A stretch of 64,000 nt of DNA from Candidatus Latescibacterota bacterium (GCA_965198115.1 OZ240241.1:7968001-8032000), one strand, 5' to 3'; shown: positions 31,950-43,317, counted from the first letter of the stretch. Translations and numbers: made by a program. The notes: generated by a model not told the origin, from the letters alone.

Positions 31950-33246
31950 ATGAATCCCGCCCGAGCCTATGCAGCCGATCGAATCTACGACGGGGATCGA
32001 GTCCTCGATGACCACGCCATCGTCGTAAAGGATCAATCGATCTCCCGCGTGCTGCCCGTTGCGGAGCTCCCGAACGACCTCCCCGTGGACCGGCATCCCG
32101 GTTGCACGATCATTCCCGGCCTGATCGACACCCACATGCACTTCATGCGTTGGCAGGGCCCGATCTTCCTCGCCTATGGCGTGACCTGCCGTCCGCGATA
32201 CCGGCAACGACACGGAATGGATCCTCCAGTGCCGCGACAAGTGGCCGCGACAGACCTGGCCGCGTATCCTCAGCCTTGGCCCTCTCATCGACGGCACACC
32301 GCCGGGCCACTCGCTGGTCGCTCGTGCCGTTACCGATACCGACTCAGCCGTCGCAGCCGTTCGTGAAACTGCCGCCGTCGGCGTCGATGGGATCAAGCTT
32401 TACGCCAGCATCGCTGCCGATTGAATAGCGCCGATGGTTCGGGCGAGCCACGCCGCCGGGCTCAAAATATCCATGCACTGCCTGCCTCACGGCGTTCTTG
32501 TTGCTGCCCGCGCTGGCGTCGACGAATTCTATCACCTCGACGGCATTCTCGCGGACGTCTGGCCCGATCGGCCGCCTGGCTGGCTCTACGTCTGGGGGGA
32601 CCCGGGCTTTGAGAAGACCTGGGACCGACAACAACAGGTCGCCGATGAGATCGCCGAGCTGGGCACCGTGTCGACCCCTACCCTGGCCTATTGGGACAGC
32701 CAATGGCGTATGAGGCAAGGCGTCGGCCCCTATCCGGAGGAGGATCAATACGTTCCCACAGACCTTTTCAAGTGGTCCTCGGCCGAGCCCGACGACGAGC
32801 TGGGAGCGATGTGGCGTCGCGCAACGGAAAACGCACTACGTTTTCAGGGGCTCCTGAACGAACGGAAAGTCCCCCTCCTGGCCGGTAGCGACACGCCCTG
32901 TGGCGGCATCCTCCCGGGACAGAGCCTGTGGCGTGAACTTTCTCTGCTGGTCGAAACGGGCCAGTCGGCACTGGAAGCATTACGCGCCGCCACCTCTGCC
33001 GCCGCCGATTTCCTGGAGCGCCCGGAGTTGGGCCGTCTGCGAAAGGGGTGCGCCGCCGACATCACTATTGTGCGAGGTGACCCGACCCGGTACATCCCGG
33101 ATCGGCCTAAGATCGAACGGGTCGTGCGCGACGGTGTCGACTACGAGCCTGAAGCACTCCTGCGGCCGCCGGACGATTCGGCCTGGCGCGACGACCCCTG
33201 GGGTCGGCAATTCGCTCAACACTGGAGCAAACGATCAGCATCCTGA
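31950..33246 (+). pseudogene. Amidohydrolase family protein; frameshift ~32190 and in-frame TGA at 32422
   Basis: Motifs PGLIDTHMH, GVT-VRDTG after the shift, IKLY, AGSDTP, EALRAAT. Confidence 0.8.
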
Positions 33247-33327
33247 CGGAGACAGCAACCGTTGTAACGCGGACCCACTGAGCGCGCCTGTTTGCCCAAC
33301 CTGCTGCCTAGATAACACGAGAGAGCC

Positions 33328-34445
33328 ATGCCACATATGCAGCACTCGATCATTTCGAAGCGCGCTGGCTACTACACTGCCTTCCCGCAACTCTACCACT
33401 TTCCCGATGGCCGTCTGGCCGTTGGCGTCCCGCTTCTCCCTTTCCAGATCATTATGCGGTCGACCCACTTGTCGAATTCGTCGTTGTCGAATCCCGCGAC
33501 GAAGGCGCCACGTGGACCCAAACAGACGACCCCACGATTCCCTACAACTGGCCGGGCACGCATCCGAGAGAGCGTTACGACCGCTTCGCTGCGGTCATGC
33601 CCGATGGCACCTATGTGTGCGCGGGCTCCGTCGGGTGGGAGATCTGGCCTGTCGCGCGCGCGGGCGAGGCCGAAGCCCAGGGACTGACAGCAAGACCTCA
33701 TCAGCTGGACGACGACTTGATCATGGTAGGGGGACACCGGTTGTTCGTGCAGCGTTCCGTCGATAGGGGCCAGACCTGGACCCGTCGCGAGTGGACCATC
33801 CCCGGCTTCCGCTCTTTCCAGGTGCACCAGGTTCACCAGGAGGCCTTGCTTGCCGACGGTACCATCCTGTTCTCCGTATACGGACCGGATATCCACCACA
33901 GCCGCTCGGCCACTTACGTATGGAGGTCGACGGATGGCGCCCGGACGTTTCGGCTACACCCAATGGGCAGCCACACAGATGGGATCAACACGGGCGAGAC
34001 GACGTTCCTGGAGGTGACTCCGGGTCGTCTGACTGCGCTTTCTAGGACCGAGCCCGATCCGGGATTTCTGGTGCAGCGGTGGTCGGGTGATGGGGGAATT
34101 ACGTGGACCTACCCGATACAGTGTGAGTTCTGGGGATATCCGGCACACCTGCTCCAGCTACGTGATGGGCGGGTGCTGTGCGCGTACGGCCACCGGCGGG
34201 AGCCTATGGGGGTTCGCGCCGTGCTGAGCGAGGATCACGGCGACACGTGGGATGATCACCCGATCACATTGCGGGATGATGGGGGTACGGCCAACGAGAT
34301 GCAGAAAGACAAATCGAGACCAGGTGGGGACTTGGGCTATCCGGTGTCTACACAGCTGGCGGATGGGAGCATCCTGACGGTTTACTACATGACGTTGGAG
34401 GATGGGATCACGCACGCGGTCGCCACGCGTTGGGAGCTGCCGTAA
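33328..34445 (+). CDS. Sialidase-like BNR/Asp-box protein; apparent frameshift ~33435
   Basis: Asp boxes SRDEGATW, SVDRGQTW, STDGARTF, SGDGGITW, SEDHGDTW; DLGYP. Confidence 0.75.
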
Positions 34446-34556
34446 CGAGCTTTATCACGTTGGATTTAATGAATGGCTTCAACGATTAAAGACGAGAATC
34501 GCCCGACCATCATTTCATCGATTGGTGCTTGGGGTAATCTCGATACAGCCGACACC

Positions 34557-34630
34557 GTCATTCCGAACGAGCCTTCACAGCATCTGTCGAGCTGCCGTGG
34601 GTCCGATTATTGAGCGGCGTGAGAAATCTC
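34557..34630 (+). repeat. GTCATTCCGA...GAGAAATCT REP-like element with long internal stem
   Basis: Same terminal motifs and spacing as the copies at 4848 and 22286. Confidence 0.55.
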
Positions 34631-34755
34631 TACGCCGAAGGCTGATCGGAACGAGAACCCGAGCCGAAGGCTTCGGACCACCGTCGGCCTTTGACGGCGA
34701 AGCGCCTGTCTGCCCTAATGTGTTCACGACCGCTCCGCCCCTGCTGGAGGATGTC

Positions 34756-35100
34756 GTGCCGACCGCGTTCTGGAACCAACTGGATGCTCTCATCGATACG
34801 TCGGACCTCACGATCGACCGACCCAAAGGATCTCTCCATCCACGACGTCCATCGATCGTCTACCCACTCGACTACGGCTATCTTTCGAACACGTCAGGAG
34901 GGGACGGGGACGAGATCGACGTGTGGCGGGAATCTCGTCCCGATGATGTTCTCGATGCCGTGATTTGTACCACGGATCTGCATAAGCGGGATACGGAGGT
35001 CAAACTCCTGATCGGATGCTCGCTCGAGGAGCGGCAGATCATCTGTGAGTTTCACGAGACTCACGGTATGGGCGTGATTCTGATCGAGAGAAGGTCTTAA
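34756..35100 (+). CDS. Small inorganic pyrophosphatase-like protein
   Basis: DRPKGS..YPLDYGYL..DGDEIDVW; GGAGG precedes the GTG start. Confidence 0.75.
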   Translation: MPTAFWNQLDALIDTSDLTIDRPKGSLHPRRPSIVYPLDYGYLSNTSGGDGDEIDVWRESRPDDVLDAVICTTDLHKRDTEVKLLIGCSLEERQIICEFHETHGMGVILIERRS

Positions 35101-35219
35101 ACTGATTGCTGAAGGGAAACCGTAGTGGCGACCAGTCCAGGTCTCCGATGCAAGACCTTGTCTCGAGCGGATGATCTATTGAGGCGATGCACAAAGAAAT
35201 CTCAATCAAGAGGTGAGCC

Positions 35220-36097
35220 GTGGAGTTGACCAGCCAGCAGGTCGCATTCTTCAACACGTTCGGATATCTCCTCGCACGAAAGCTCCTGAAGCCGGCTGAA
35301 GTGGAGAGGGTGACCGAAGCCTTCGAATGGTCGATTCAGAACTGGGGTGGAGGCGACCAGCACGACGGGACGAAAAGGACGATGCTCGGGGCCCCGATCG
35401 AGCACACGTCCGAGCTCTGTGCGTTGATGGATCATCCGGGCATACTTGGCCTCATCGGTGGCGTGACCGGAAACGATTTCAACTACTGTGGTGGTGATGG
35501 AAACTACTACACGGGGGACGCGATGGCATCCTGATGGCAACTGGGGACAGTTGTGGTCGACCAAGACGGCGTTCTATCTGGATGAGGTCCGGCGCGACAG
35601 CGGTTGCCTGCGTGTGATCCCGGGTAGTCACGATCCCGATCACTTCATTCGCAGGGAGGGGATTGACCCGAACGAGTCAGAAGATCTGCTCGGTGTAGCG
35701 CCAGAAGCGTTCCCGGGCAGCGTCGCGATCGAGACCGACCCCGGCGATGTCGTCATCTTCAACCACGACCTCTACCACGCTTCTTTCGGCGGTGGACATC
35801 GCCGGCGCATGTTCACGATGAACTGTACCCGTCACGCGAAAGACGCAGAGGATGCGAAGACGCTACGCGAATACCTCAGCAAGCTCCCCCAGCGCCATCC
35901 GTGCCCACGAGCACTCTCCCGGTGCTCGTGACGTCGACACGACCACGGGGTTGTATTGGCCCACGATGCTGGAAACGGCCGACGAGACTCGCAGGAGCCA
36001 TATGTGGCAGCCCGCTGAAGTGCACGATGAGATGTTTCCACACCTTGCCGCCTCGACCGGCGGTAATCGGGAACCTCATCGAGGCAGCCTCGCCTAA
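35220..36097 (+). CDS. PhyH family dioxygenase; apparent frameshifts ~35515 and ~35885
   Basis: FFNTFGYL, WHPD, LRVIPGSH and HASFGG spread over three frames. Confidence 0.75.
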
Positions 36098-36286
36098 TCT
36101 GCGCGTACTGTTCGGGTGTGTAACCTTCTTTGCACCAGCGTGGCTTTGAAGATCGGCCGGCGCTCACGAACGCCGTGTCGTGCAATGAGCCGAATGGAGC
36201 GTAGAAATCGCTTTCTTCGGGCACGCGCGGCGTTGGAGCAGAGCGAGGAGAATCGGGTTGATGCGTAGACCGGAGACACGACTGCT

Positions 36287-36751
36287 GTGATCGAGGTGAG
36301 GATTCGCGAGACGACTCAAGCTGATGAAGCCTTCACGTACCAGGCCAAGAAAGCTGCGTTTCGACGGTATGTGGAAGAGGTCTACGGTTGGGATGGGGCC
36401 TACCAACGCGGCCTGCACGGAGATCGATTCGCATCCCAGGATGTCCGGATCATTCGGTGCGATGGCAAGGATGTCGGCTATTTCTCGCCGGCTGAGCAGC
36501 CGGACTACTTTGTTCTCAGCCAGCTCTTTATTCTGCCTGAGCATCAGGGACGGGGGATCGGCCACACCCTCATGAATCGGATACTGGATGAACAGGGAAG
36601 CAAGGGGCGCTCCGTTCGGCTGCAGGTGATGAAGAACAATCCCAGGGCTGCTGTGTTCTACGAACGGCTGGGGTTCCGATCGATCGGTGAGACGGAGACC
36701 CACGTCCAGATGGAGAAACTGCCTGGGTCGAGGCCGAAATCCGAGACCTGA
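36287..36751 (+). CDS. GNAT family N-acetyltransferase
   Basis: Motifs HQGRGIG and NPRAAVFYERLGF. Confidence 0.88.
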   Translation: MIEVRIRETTQADEAFTYQAKKAAFRRYVEEVYGWDGAYQRGLHGDRFASQDVRIIRCDGKDVGYFSPAEQPDYFVLSQLFILPEHQGRGIGHTLMNRILDEQGSKGRSVRLQVMKNNPRAAVFYERLGFRSIGETETHVQMEKLPGSRPKSET

Positions 36752-36934
36752 GAGATCATCGATCAGGTTTCATCGTTGGATCTGGGAATCGACATGTCGT
36801 TGCACCCGAGGAGCTCGATGGCAAACTGGCCAGAACGCGCGATATGGGAAGGCATGAAGGCAGGCGATGGCTGTGAGATGTGCAAAGACATCCACCTCGA
36901 GGAGAACATTCACAGTTTTCTCGTGGCACAGTTA

Positions 36935-38228
36935 GGGTTTGCCACGAAATAAGTGCTGCACTTTTCAAGGTAATGATCTTACGCTCGGAGTGTGGACGTC
37001 GAAACTCTCCGAACGAAGTATGAAGCCTTGGCTCCGGTGCTGACGGAACGCACGCGTCGTCTGTGGGCCGCCACGGAAGCCGAAGCGTTGGGTCACGGTG
37101 GGATCGCGATTGTGGCTCTGGCGACAGGAATGTCCAGAGAGCGGATCTTTCGTGGCATTCAGGAGTTGAGGTCGGACGAACCTTTGGACCCGGCTCGCAT
37201 CCGGCGTCCAGGCGGCGGTCGTAAGCGGAAGGCCGACACGGACCCGACGCTGTGGCAGGACCTGAATGATCTGGTCGAGCCAACGACTGCGGGGTCGCCT
37301 GACGACAATCCTCTGAGATGGACATCGAAGAGCACTCGCAAACTGGCCGCCGAGTTGCAAGCGATGGGGCATTCGGTGAGCCCCAGGATCGTTGCCAATC
37401 TCCTGCACGAACACGATTACACGCTGCAGGCGAATCGGAAGACAAGGGAGGGATCTGCACACCCGGATCGGGACGCTCAGTTCGTTTACCTCGATGATCG
37501 GATTAGCCAGCAGCAGCAGCAGGGCCTTCCCGTTATCTCGGTGGACACCAAGAAGAAAGAGTTGATCGGCGACTTCAAGAATCCTGGCCGAGAATGGCGA
37601 CCCAAGGGAGACCCGGAGCGTGTGAAGGTACACGATTTCATAGTGCCTGCTCAGGGCAAGGCGATCCCTTATGGAGTGTATGATCTGAGCCGTGATGAAG
37701 GCTGGGTAAGTGTCGGTATCGATCACGACACGGCCAGCTTCGCCGTGAATGCGATCCGAAGTTGGTGGAAGAACATGGGACGGCCCGCCTACGGCACTTC
37801 GACGCATCTGCTAATCACGGCGGACGCAGGCGGCAGCAACGGCGCCAAGACGCGGCTGTGGAAGTGGGAGCTGCAGCGCTTTGCGAATCGCACTGGCCTG
37901 ACGATCACCGTATGCCACTACCCTCCTGGCACTAGTAAGTGGAACAAGATCGAACATCGCCTGTTCTCCTTCATCGCTATGAACTGGCGAGGCAAGCCCC
38001 TGGTCAGCCTGGCTGCAACCGTGAATCTCATTGCCGGAACGACCACTCAAGCCGGTCTCCGAGTACGCTCCGAGATCGACAAGCGACCCTACCCTAACGG
38101 GGTCAAGGTGACCGATGAACAGATGACCCAAATCGATCTCACTCCGCACGATTTCCACGGCGACTGGAACTACACGATCCGGCCAATGGCTCAACATTGA
38201 GATCGACCGTTTATTTATTCGCGAACCC
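36935..38228 (+). mobile_element. ISAzo13-family IS (copy 1), flanked by TTA; transposase 36992..38200
   Basis: IRs GGGTTTGCCACGAAATAA and GGGTTCGCGAATAAATAA. Motifs ISVDTKKKEL, TADAGGSN, PPGTSKWNKIEHRLFS. Confidence 0.92.
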
Positions 38229-38333
38229 TTACGTCCGGTTCCCGAGAAACCAGTATAAGCGAGGCTGGACGATCCTTGCTTTGAAGAGACACGCATCCGA
38301 ACTCTTCGAACTGTCGTCTGATGAATTGTCGGG

Positions 38334-39594
38334 GGTGAGGTCCCTATCCTAGTTGAAACTTAAAGGGCTCCAAACTTACGTTGTGGGTAGACGTGTGAGA
38401 GCGTGTACCCGTAAGAAAGGAGCCCACGATGGAGAAGCTATTTGCAGGGGATGGCGAAGTCAAGGTTGGGTCAGACGTTATGGATTTGGAGACGCGTTTA
38501 TCGGTGATCCGGGCGCTGATTCCGCTGGGTCTGGAGGCCGTTGCCGACGTGCTCCAGCAGGAGGTGGAGCAGCTCGCAGGCGTTCGGTATGCGCGTAAGG
38601 GTTCAGAGCAGTCGCATCGTCGATGGGGAAGCCAGAAAGGGTCCGTGTATCTGATGGACCAGAAGCTGCCGGTGGCCGTTCCCCGTGTGCGCGACGTCGA
38701 GTCCGATACGGAGGTTTCTCTGGCCGCATACCGGGGGATGCAGAGGCCCAGAGCGATGGATGAGAAGCTGCTGCTTCGTGTGCTCAAGGGAATCTCCTGT
38801 CGCAACTACAGAGCCTGTGCAGAGTCGGTACCCGAAGCGTTCGGAATCTCGGCATCCTCCGTCTCGCGACGGTTCATCAAAGCCACCGCAAAGAAGCTGA
38901 AGCAGTTCCAGGAACGACCGCTCGACGACTACGACTTGGTCGCCCTGTGATCCAGGATCTCATCCGGAGAGGCCTGTGCTACGACCAGGGCCTTCTCGTT
39001 GTGCTGGACGGCTCAAAGGGACTCCGCAGTGCCGTCACCAAAGCCCTCAAAGGGGATGTGTGCGTGCATCGCTGTCAGTGGCACAAGCGCGAGAACGTCG
39101 TCAGCTACCTCCCGGAGGCAGAACGTCCAAGAGTTCGACGGAAACTTCAGAAAGCCTATGACTGCGACACCTACGAGGAGGCAAAGGCCGCACTCGAATC
39201 ACTCAAACCCGAACTCAAGCTGATGAATCAGTCTGCCGTGGCAAGCCTCGAGGAAGGACTGGAGGAAACCCTGACCCTCCACCGGCTGGGGATGCTCCCG
39301 TTCTTGAAGCGAAGCTTCCGAACCACCAATTGCATCGAGGCGCTCAACAGCATGACCGGCAACCTGATACGGAAGGTCAACCGCTGGAACAACTCTCCTC
39401 AGCGACACAGATGGGTCGCGGCCGCACTCCTCGACATCGAACCACGCCTGCGACGCGTGAGCGGATACAAACACCTCCCGCTGCTCAGGCAAGCACTGAA
39501 AAACAACCTGAATCTCGGCGACAATCAAGATGCTCGGCAGAGAGCATGAATACCACGGAGCCCGATGAGTTTCAACTGACTATGGGACTTGACC
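38334..39594 (+). mobile_element. IS256-family IS, internally deleted, 9-bp duplication ATTGTCGGG; transposase pieces 38429..38950 and 38947..39549
   Basis: IRs GGTGAGGTCCCTATCCTAGTTGAAACT and GGTCAAGTCCCATAGTCAGTTGAAACT (rc). Direct repeats at 38325-38333 and 39595-39603. Motifs DGSKGL, RCQWHK, RTTNCIE. Confidence 0.88.
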
Positions 39595-39908
39595 ATTGTC
39601 GGGTTTCTGGGGGGAAGTTTCCCGCGTTGCGTCGGTTTTGAACCAGATGTTTTCACCTGCAAAGATGAACTACATGGTTTTCGGGAATCGCTGTCCCCAC
39701 ATTCACTGTCATCTGGTTCCCGTGACCTACGAGGATGACGCACACAAGCCGATCAACATGCTGGAAAAGGAAGTGCTGCGGTCCGAAGATGAGTATCAGA
39801 ACACGATTTTCGAAATGCGGCGGCTCCTTGCGTGATTGTGGATAATTCGATTCGATCAGGGATATCCGATATCTGAAAGTCTCGCAACAGTCAGGATTTG
39901 GAGTAGGC

Positions 39909-40610
39909 ATGGTGAAGTGGATACGGATCTTGTTGCTGGCGGCTGTGGCTCCGACAGGAACGCTCGGTCAGGACGCAACGGACGTTACTTCGGGACGTCG
40001 TCAGGCTACGATCGATGCTGCCCGTGCCGCCCTGAGCCTGATGTCGGAGACGCCGTTCGATTGGGAAAATTCTGTCGAGATCGAGAGTGGTGAGAACAGT
40101 GCTCACGGCGGTGTCACGCACTACAGTCGGGTCTGCTATGTGGACGGTGTCTGGCTGCTGAAGCAGAGAGATAACACGGAGGAGAGCTGGCATGACAATG
40201 CACTACTGGTTGAGGACGGGACCGTCTACTTTGCGGAAGTAGGAGATGAGCCCTCTCTCTTCCGAAGTGGATGCGTCACTTGCCACCCGAATGGTCCGCG
40301 AGCCGTCAGAGGAGAACTGCGCCACGGTACTCCGGAGCTCCTGGCCGCACTCAACGAGCGTGTCAGGGAGACGGAGGTTGTGCGTCCATTCTTTCCACCC
40401 ACGTATGCCGGGGGTGGCATCGAGAGGTTGGCTCTCTCACCCTGTAACCAATGTCACGACGGCAAGACCCGCGCTTATCTTTTCGGTTTCAACGCGGAAC
40501 CGATCCGATATCTCTTCGACAACGGACACATGCCGCCGCCTGAAGTGGAAATCACAGAGAAAGAAAGTCGAAGCCTCTACGAGTGGCTTGACGCCGTCGA
40601 GCAGCGGTAG
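39909..40610 (+). CDS. Secreted di-heme c-type cytochrome-like protein
   Basis: Signal peptide; CVTCH and CNQCH; distal HMPP. Confidence 0.7.
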   Translation: MVKWIRILLLAAVAPTGTLGQDATDVTSGRRQATIDAARAALSLMSETPFDWENSVEIESGENSAHGGVTHYSRVCYVDGVWLLKQRDNTEESWHDNALLVEDGTVYFAEVGDEPSLFRSGCVTCHPNGPRAVRGELRHGTPELLAALNERVRETEVVRPFFPPTYAGGGIERLALSPCNQCHDGKTRAYLFGFNAEPIRYLFDNGHMPPPEVEITEKESRSLYEWLDAVEQR

Positions 40611-40658
40611 CGGAAAACTCGACGTCTTGTTGAGAGTTGGACCAGAGGAGAGCACGTA

Positions 40659-41546
40659 ATGCACTTGTCCATGCACAACTGGATGCGTCCCGAGCCGCTC
40701 GAAAAGACCGTCGAACGATTGGCCAGGTTCGGATATGAGAGTATCGAGATCAGTGGCGAGCCGGAGCGCTACGACACGTCTGAGATCACCACACTTCTGA
40801 AACGGCACGGGATCAGGTGCTGGGGATCGGTCACGCTGATGCTGGGCGATCGAAATCTGATCGGTAAGGACCCGGCACAAAGAGCGGCATCCGTCAAGTA
40901 TGTGAAGGATTGCGTGACGATGGTCAAAGAGTTGGACGGTCACGAGCTGACGATCGTACCGGGCACGGTAGGGAAGGTCGTGCCCGATGCGACGCCGGAG
41001 GAGGAGTGGGGGTGGGCAGTGGAGACCATGCAGGAGATCTACAATCACTCTGAAGCGGCCGGTGTCCGGTTGGCCATCGAACCGATCAATCGGTTCGAAA
41101 CGTATTTCATCAACCGGGGCGCCCAGGCGTTGGCCCTGGCAGAAGCGACCGGTCCGAACTGCGGGGTCTGCCTGGACGCATTCCACATCAATATCGAAGA
41201 AGAGGATCCGCTACAGGCGATCCGCGACGCAGGCGAGAGGCTCGTCGACTTTCACATCGCGGACAACAACCGGTTCGCGGCAGGGATGGGGAGCTATGAT
41301 TGGGCAGAACTGGTCGCGACCCTGCGCGCGGTCGGCTACGACGATGCGCTGACCGTCGAATTCGTCGCGCCGATCGACCGCACGCCGGCTGATCCCCATC
41401 CGGGCGTGGTTGAGACGGAACCGGTCGATGCAACCCCGGAGGAGCTGCAATTCATTCAGGACCACGGGAGCACGGTGGTCACCGAGACGTTCTACGATTT
41501 CCTGGTCGAAAAGTGTGCCCAGACATTATTGCCACTGATTGGATAG
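40659..41546 (+). CDS. Sugar phosphate isomerase/epimerase (D-psicose/tagatose 3-epimerase-like)
   Basis: Motifs IEPINRFET, LDAFHINIEE, FHIADNNR, VEF. Confidence 0.88.
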   Translation: MHLSMHNWMRPEPLEKTVERLARFGYESIEISGEPERYDTSEITTLLKRHGIRCWGSVTLMLGDRNLIGKDPAQRAASVKYVKDCVTMVKELDGHELTIVPGTVGKVVPDATPEEEWGWAVETMQEIYNHSEAAGVRLAIEPINRFETYFINRGAQALALAEATGPNCGVCLDAFHINIEEEDPLQAIRDAGERLVDFHIADNNRFAAGMGSYDWAELVATLRAVGYDDALTVEFVAPIDRTPADPHPGVVETEPVDATPEELQFIQDHGSTVVTETFYDFLVEKCAQTLLPLIG

Positions 41547-42012
41547 GTCGGGGCTCGTCAGCAAGGTGTTTCGACCCTGAAGGGTCGGGTGTCTCAGCCC
41601 GGGGCTCGGCAATTATGTTTTTTCAAGTGCATAGTCACGTCCTGGACTGCATCCCGTGACTCGGCTTCATTCGTCAAGAACATCCTTGGCCCGTCAAGTA
41701 GATAATATTACCCATCTTTCTGCTGGCTCGGTTACCGAGAAACATCGACTGGCGACAGGGAGAAGCGGAGACCGCAATGACCCGGACGCTCGAGGCGGTT
41801 ATTCCTTACCACGAAACAAACGCATTACGTGATCGGTCGGATGTACACCAGTACACAGCCGTGATCCAGACGATCGCGCTGTTGTCAGAGGCGCTACCCG
41901 ATCGGTTCGAGACTTCTCACGCGTGGGGATTCAGCTGGGACAAGAAAGCGAACTGGCAGTGTCGGGTGATCGCGGACGCACTAAGCTCCCTCAGTCGAAG
42001 GAGTTCCTAAAA

Positions 42013-42891
42013 ATGTGTCGAACGAAGGATAGCGAATGGCGTCTCGAACTGGGTCGACGGATGGCACTTGCTTACGCGGAGAACCCAAAAGCCCGCGTTG
42101 TGATGGTGGCCGGCTCGACAGGCCGCGGAACGGCCGACGCCTACTCTGATATAGAGATCGACGTTTTCTACGACGAGGCGCCGACGGAGGAGGAGCGTGT
42201 TGCGGCCGTTGGCCGCTGTGGCGCGGAGCTGCTGGGGATCGCGCACGACGAGATCGAGTGGGAAGAGAGGATGTCGTTCGATGGGTTTCACGCGGCGACC
42301 AGCACGTTTCTGGTGTCCACGATGGAGCGTTTCCTGGAACAGGTCGTCGATCGCTGCGATCCGGATCCCGAAGCGCAGATGCGGTTGTATTCGGTCCTGC
42401 ACGCGGTGACTGTGGTCGGAGAAGATGTGTCGGACCGATGGCGTGAAAAAGCGTCGTCCTACCCTGATGGACTCGTGGACGTCATGCTCGATGAGAATCT
42501 GCATTTGGTAAGGCTGTTCAGGCACGCGGACGTGATGATCGACAGAAACGACTCGCTCGCACTCTTCGACGCCATCCTCGACGCCGAAAAACGAATTTTG
42601 CGGGTGCTTCTCGGGTTGAACCGGATCTACCTTCCGATTCCCGATCCGATCAAGCGGCTGGACGAGATCGTGGGAGAGCTCACGCTGAAACCGGAGAATC
42701 TGGGCCAGAGGCTTCGGAGCATTCTGCGGTTGGAAGGGCGCCAGGCGATCGACAGGTTGTGGGAACTGGTGGAAGACGTCTTCACGCTGGTTGCCGAACA
42801 TCGTCCGGGGTTCGCCGTCGACGAGCGAAGAAACAACCACCTCATCCGGATACGGAAGGCCTGGAACAGTCCGCCGGAAGGCTTCGAGTAG
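42013..42891 (+). CDS. Nucleotidyltransferase-fold protein (DUF4037-like)
   Basis: Pol-beta-type motif GSTGRGTADAYSDIEID followed by a helical domain. Confidence 0.7.
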   Translation: MCRTKDSEWRLELGRRMALAYAENPKARVVMVAGSTGRGTADAYSDIEIDVFYDEAPTEEERVAAVGRCGAELLGIAHDEIEWEERMSFDGFHAATSTFLVSTMERFLEQVVDRCDPDPEAQMRLYSVLHAVTVVGEDVSDRWREKASSYPDGLVDVMLDENLHLVRLFRHADVMIDRNDSLALFDAILDAEKRILRVLLGLNRIYLPIPDPIKRLDEIVGELTLKPENLGQRLRSILRLEGRQAIDRLWELVEDVFTLVAEHRPGFAVDERRNNHLIRIRKAWNSPPEGFE

Positions 42892-42894
42892 ATT

Positions 42895-43194
42895 GATGAG
42901 TATGGGGAAACTCGTTTCCGTATTGACTATGTCGTCAAAGGGAGCGGGCGAATGGGGCGGTCGAGACTGCTTGGAGGCATTGCCTCATTGTTGGGTGTAG
43001 ACCGAACGGCCGACACGGTTACGTTTTCCTACGAGCATGCGGGGACATCGGAACACGAACCCTTATATCTGTCGTTCGACGACCTTCGATTCGACAAGCG
43101 GTCCATCGTGGAACTGGAGATTCGGGTCACGGATCTGGCGCATCCGGATCAGCCTGTTGCAACGCGGGAAACGGACTTCGCGGTGGGCGAGTAG
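42895..43194 (+). pseudogene. 5'-truncated C-terminal remnant resembling GWxTD-domain proteins
   Basis: DEYGETRFRIDY...VTFSYE...LEIRVTDL...RETDF. No start codon or RBS for the N-terminal part. Confidence 0.5.
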
Positions 43195-43317
43195 TACTAC
43201 GGCCTCCCGAGGAAGCTACTCGTGAGGCCGACCGCAATTTGTGCCGGGATTCTGTTCGTGCTTGTCTGGGGAGGGTCCCGTGTCGTCCAGAACCCTTGAT
43301 ACCTGCAGGTTCCACAC

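Larger units (their letters stand above)
36818..39835 (+). pseudogene. HIT family hydrolase split into three pieces by ISAzo13 and IS256
   Basis: 36818-36934 MANWPE..GCEMC..LVAQL; 38230-38333 YVRFPRNQY..KRHASELFEL; 39604-39835 FWGEV..GNRCPHIHCHLVP (HxHxH). Confidence 0.85.

Noticed and set aside
5719-32424. Selenocysteine or TGA recoding
   Set aside because: Arg is expected at the AKR site and no catalytic Cys context is apparent at the other. Many genes end at TGA normally and no SECIS was recognised.
34402-34755. N-terminal extension of the pyrophosphatase-like ORF
   Set aside because: It runs through REP-like repeats; GGAGG plus GTG at 34756 is the better start.
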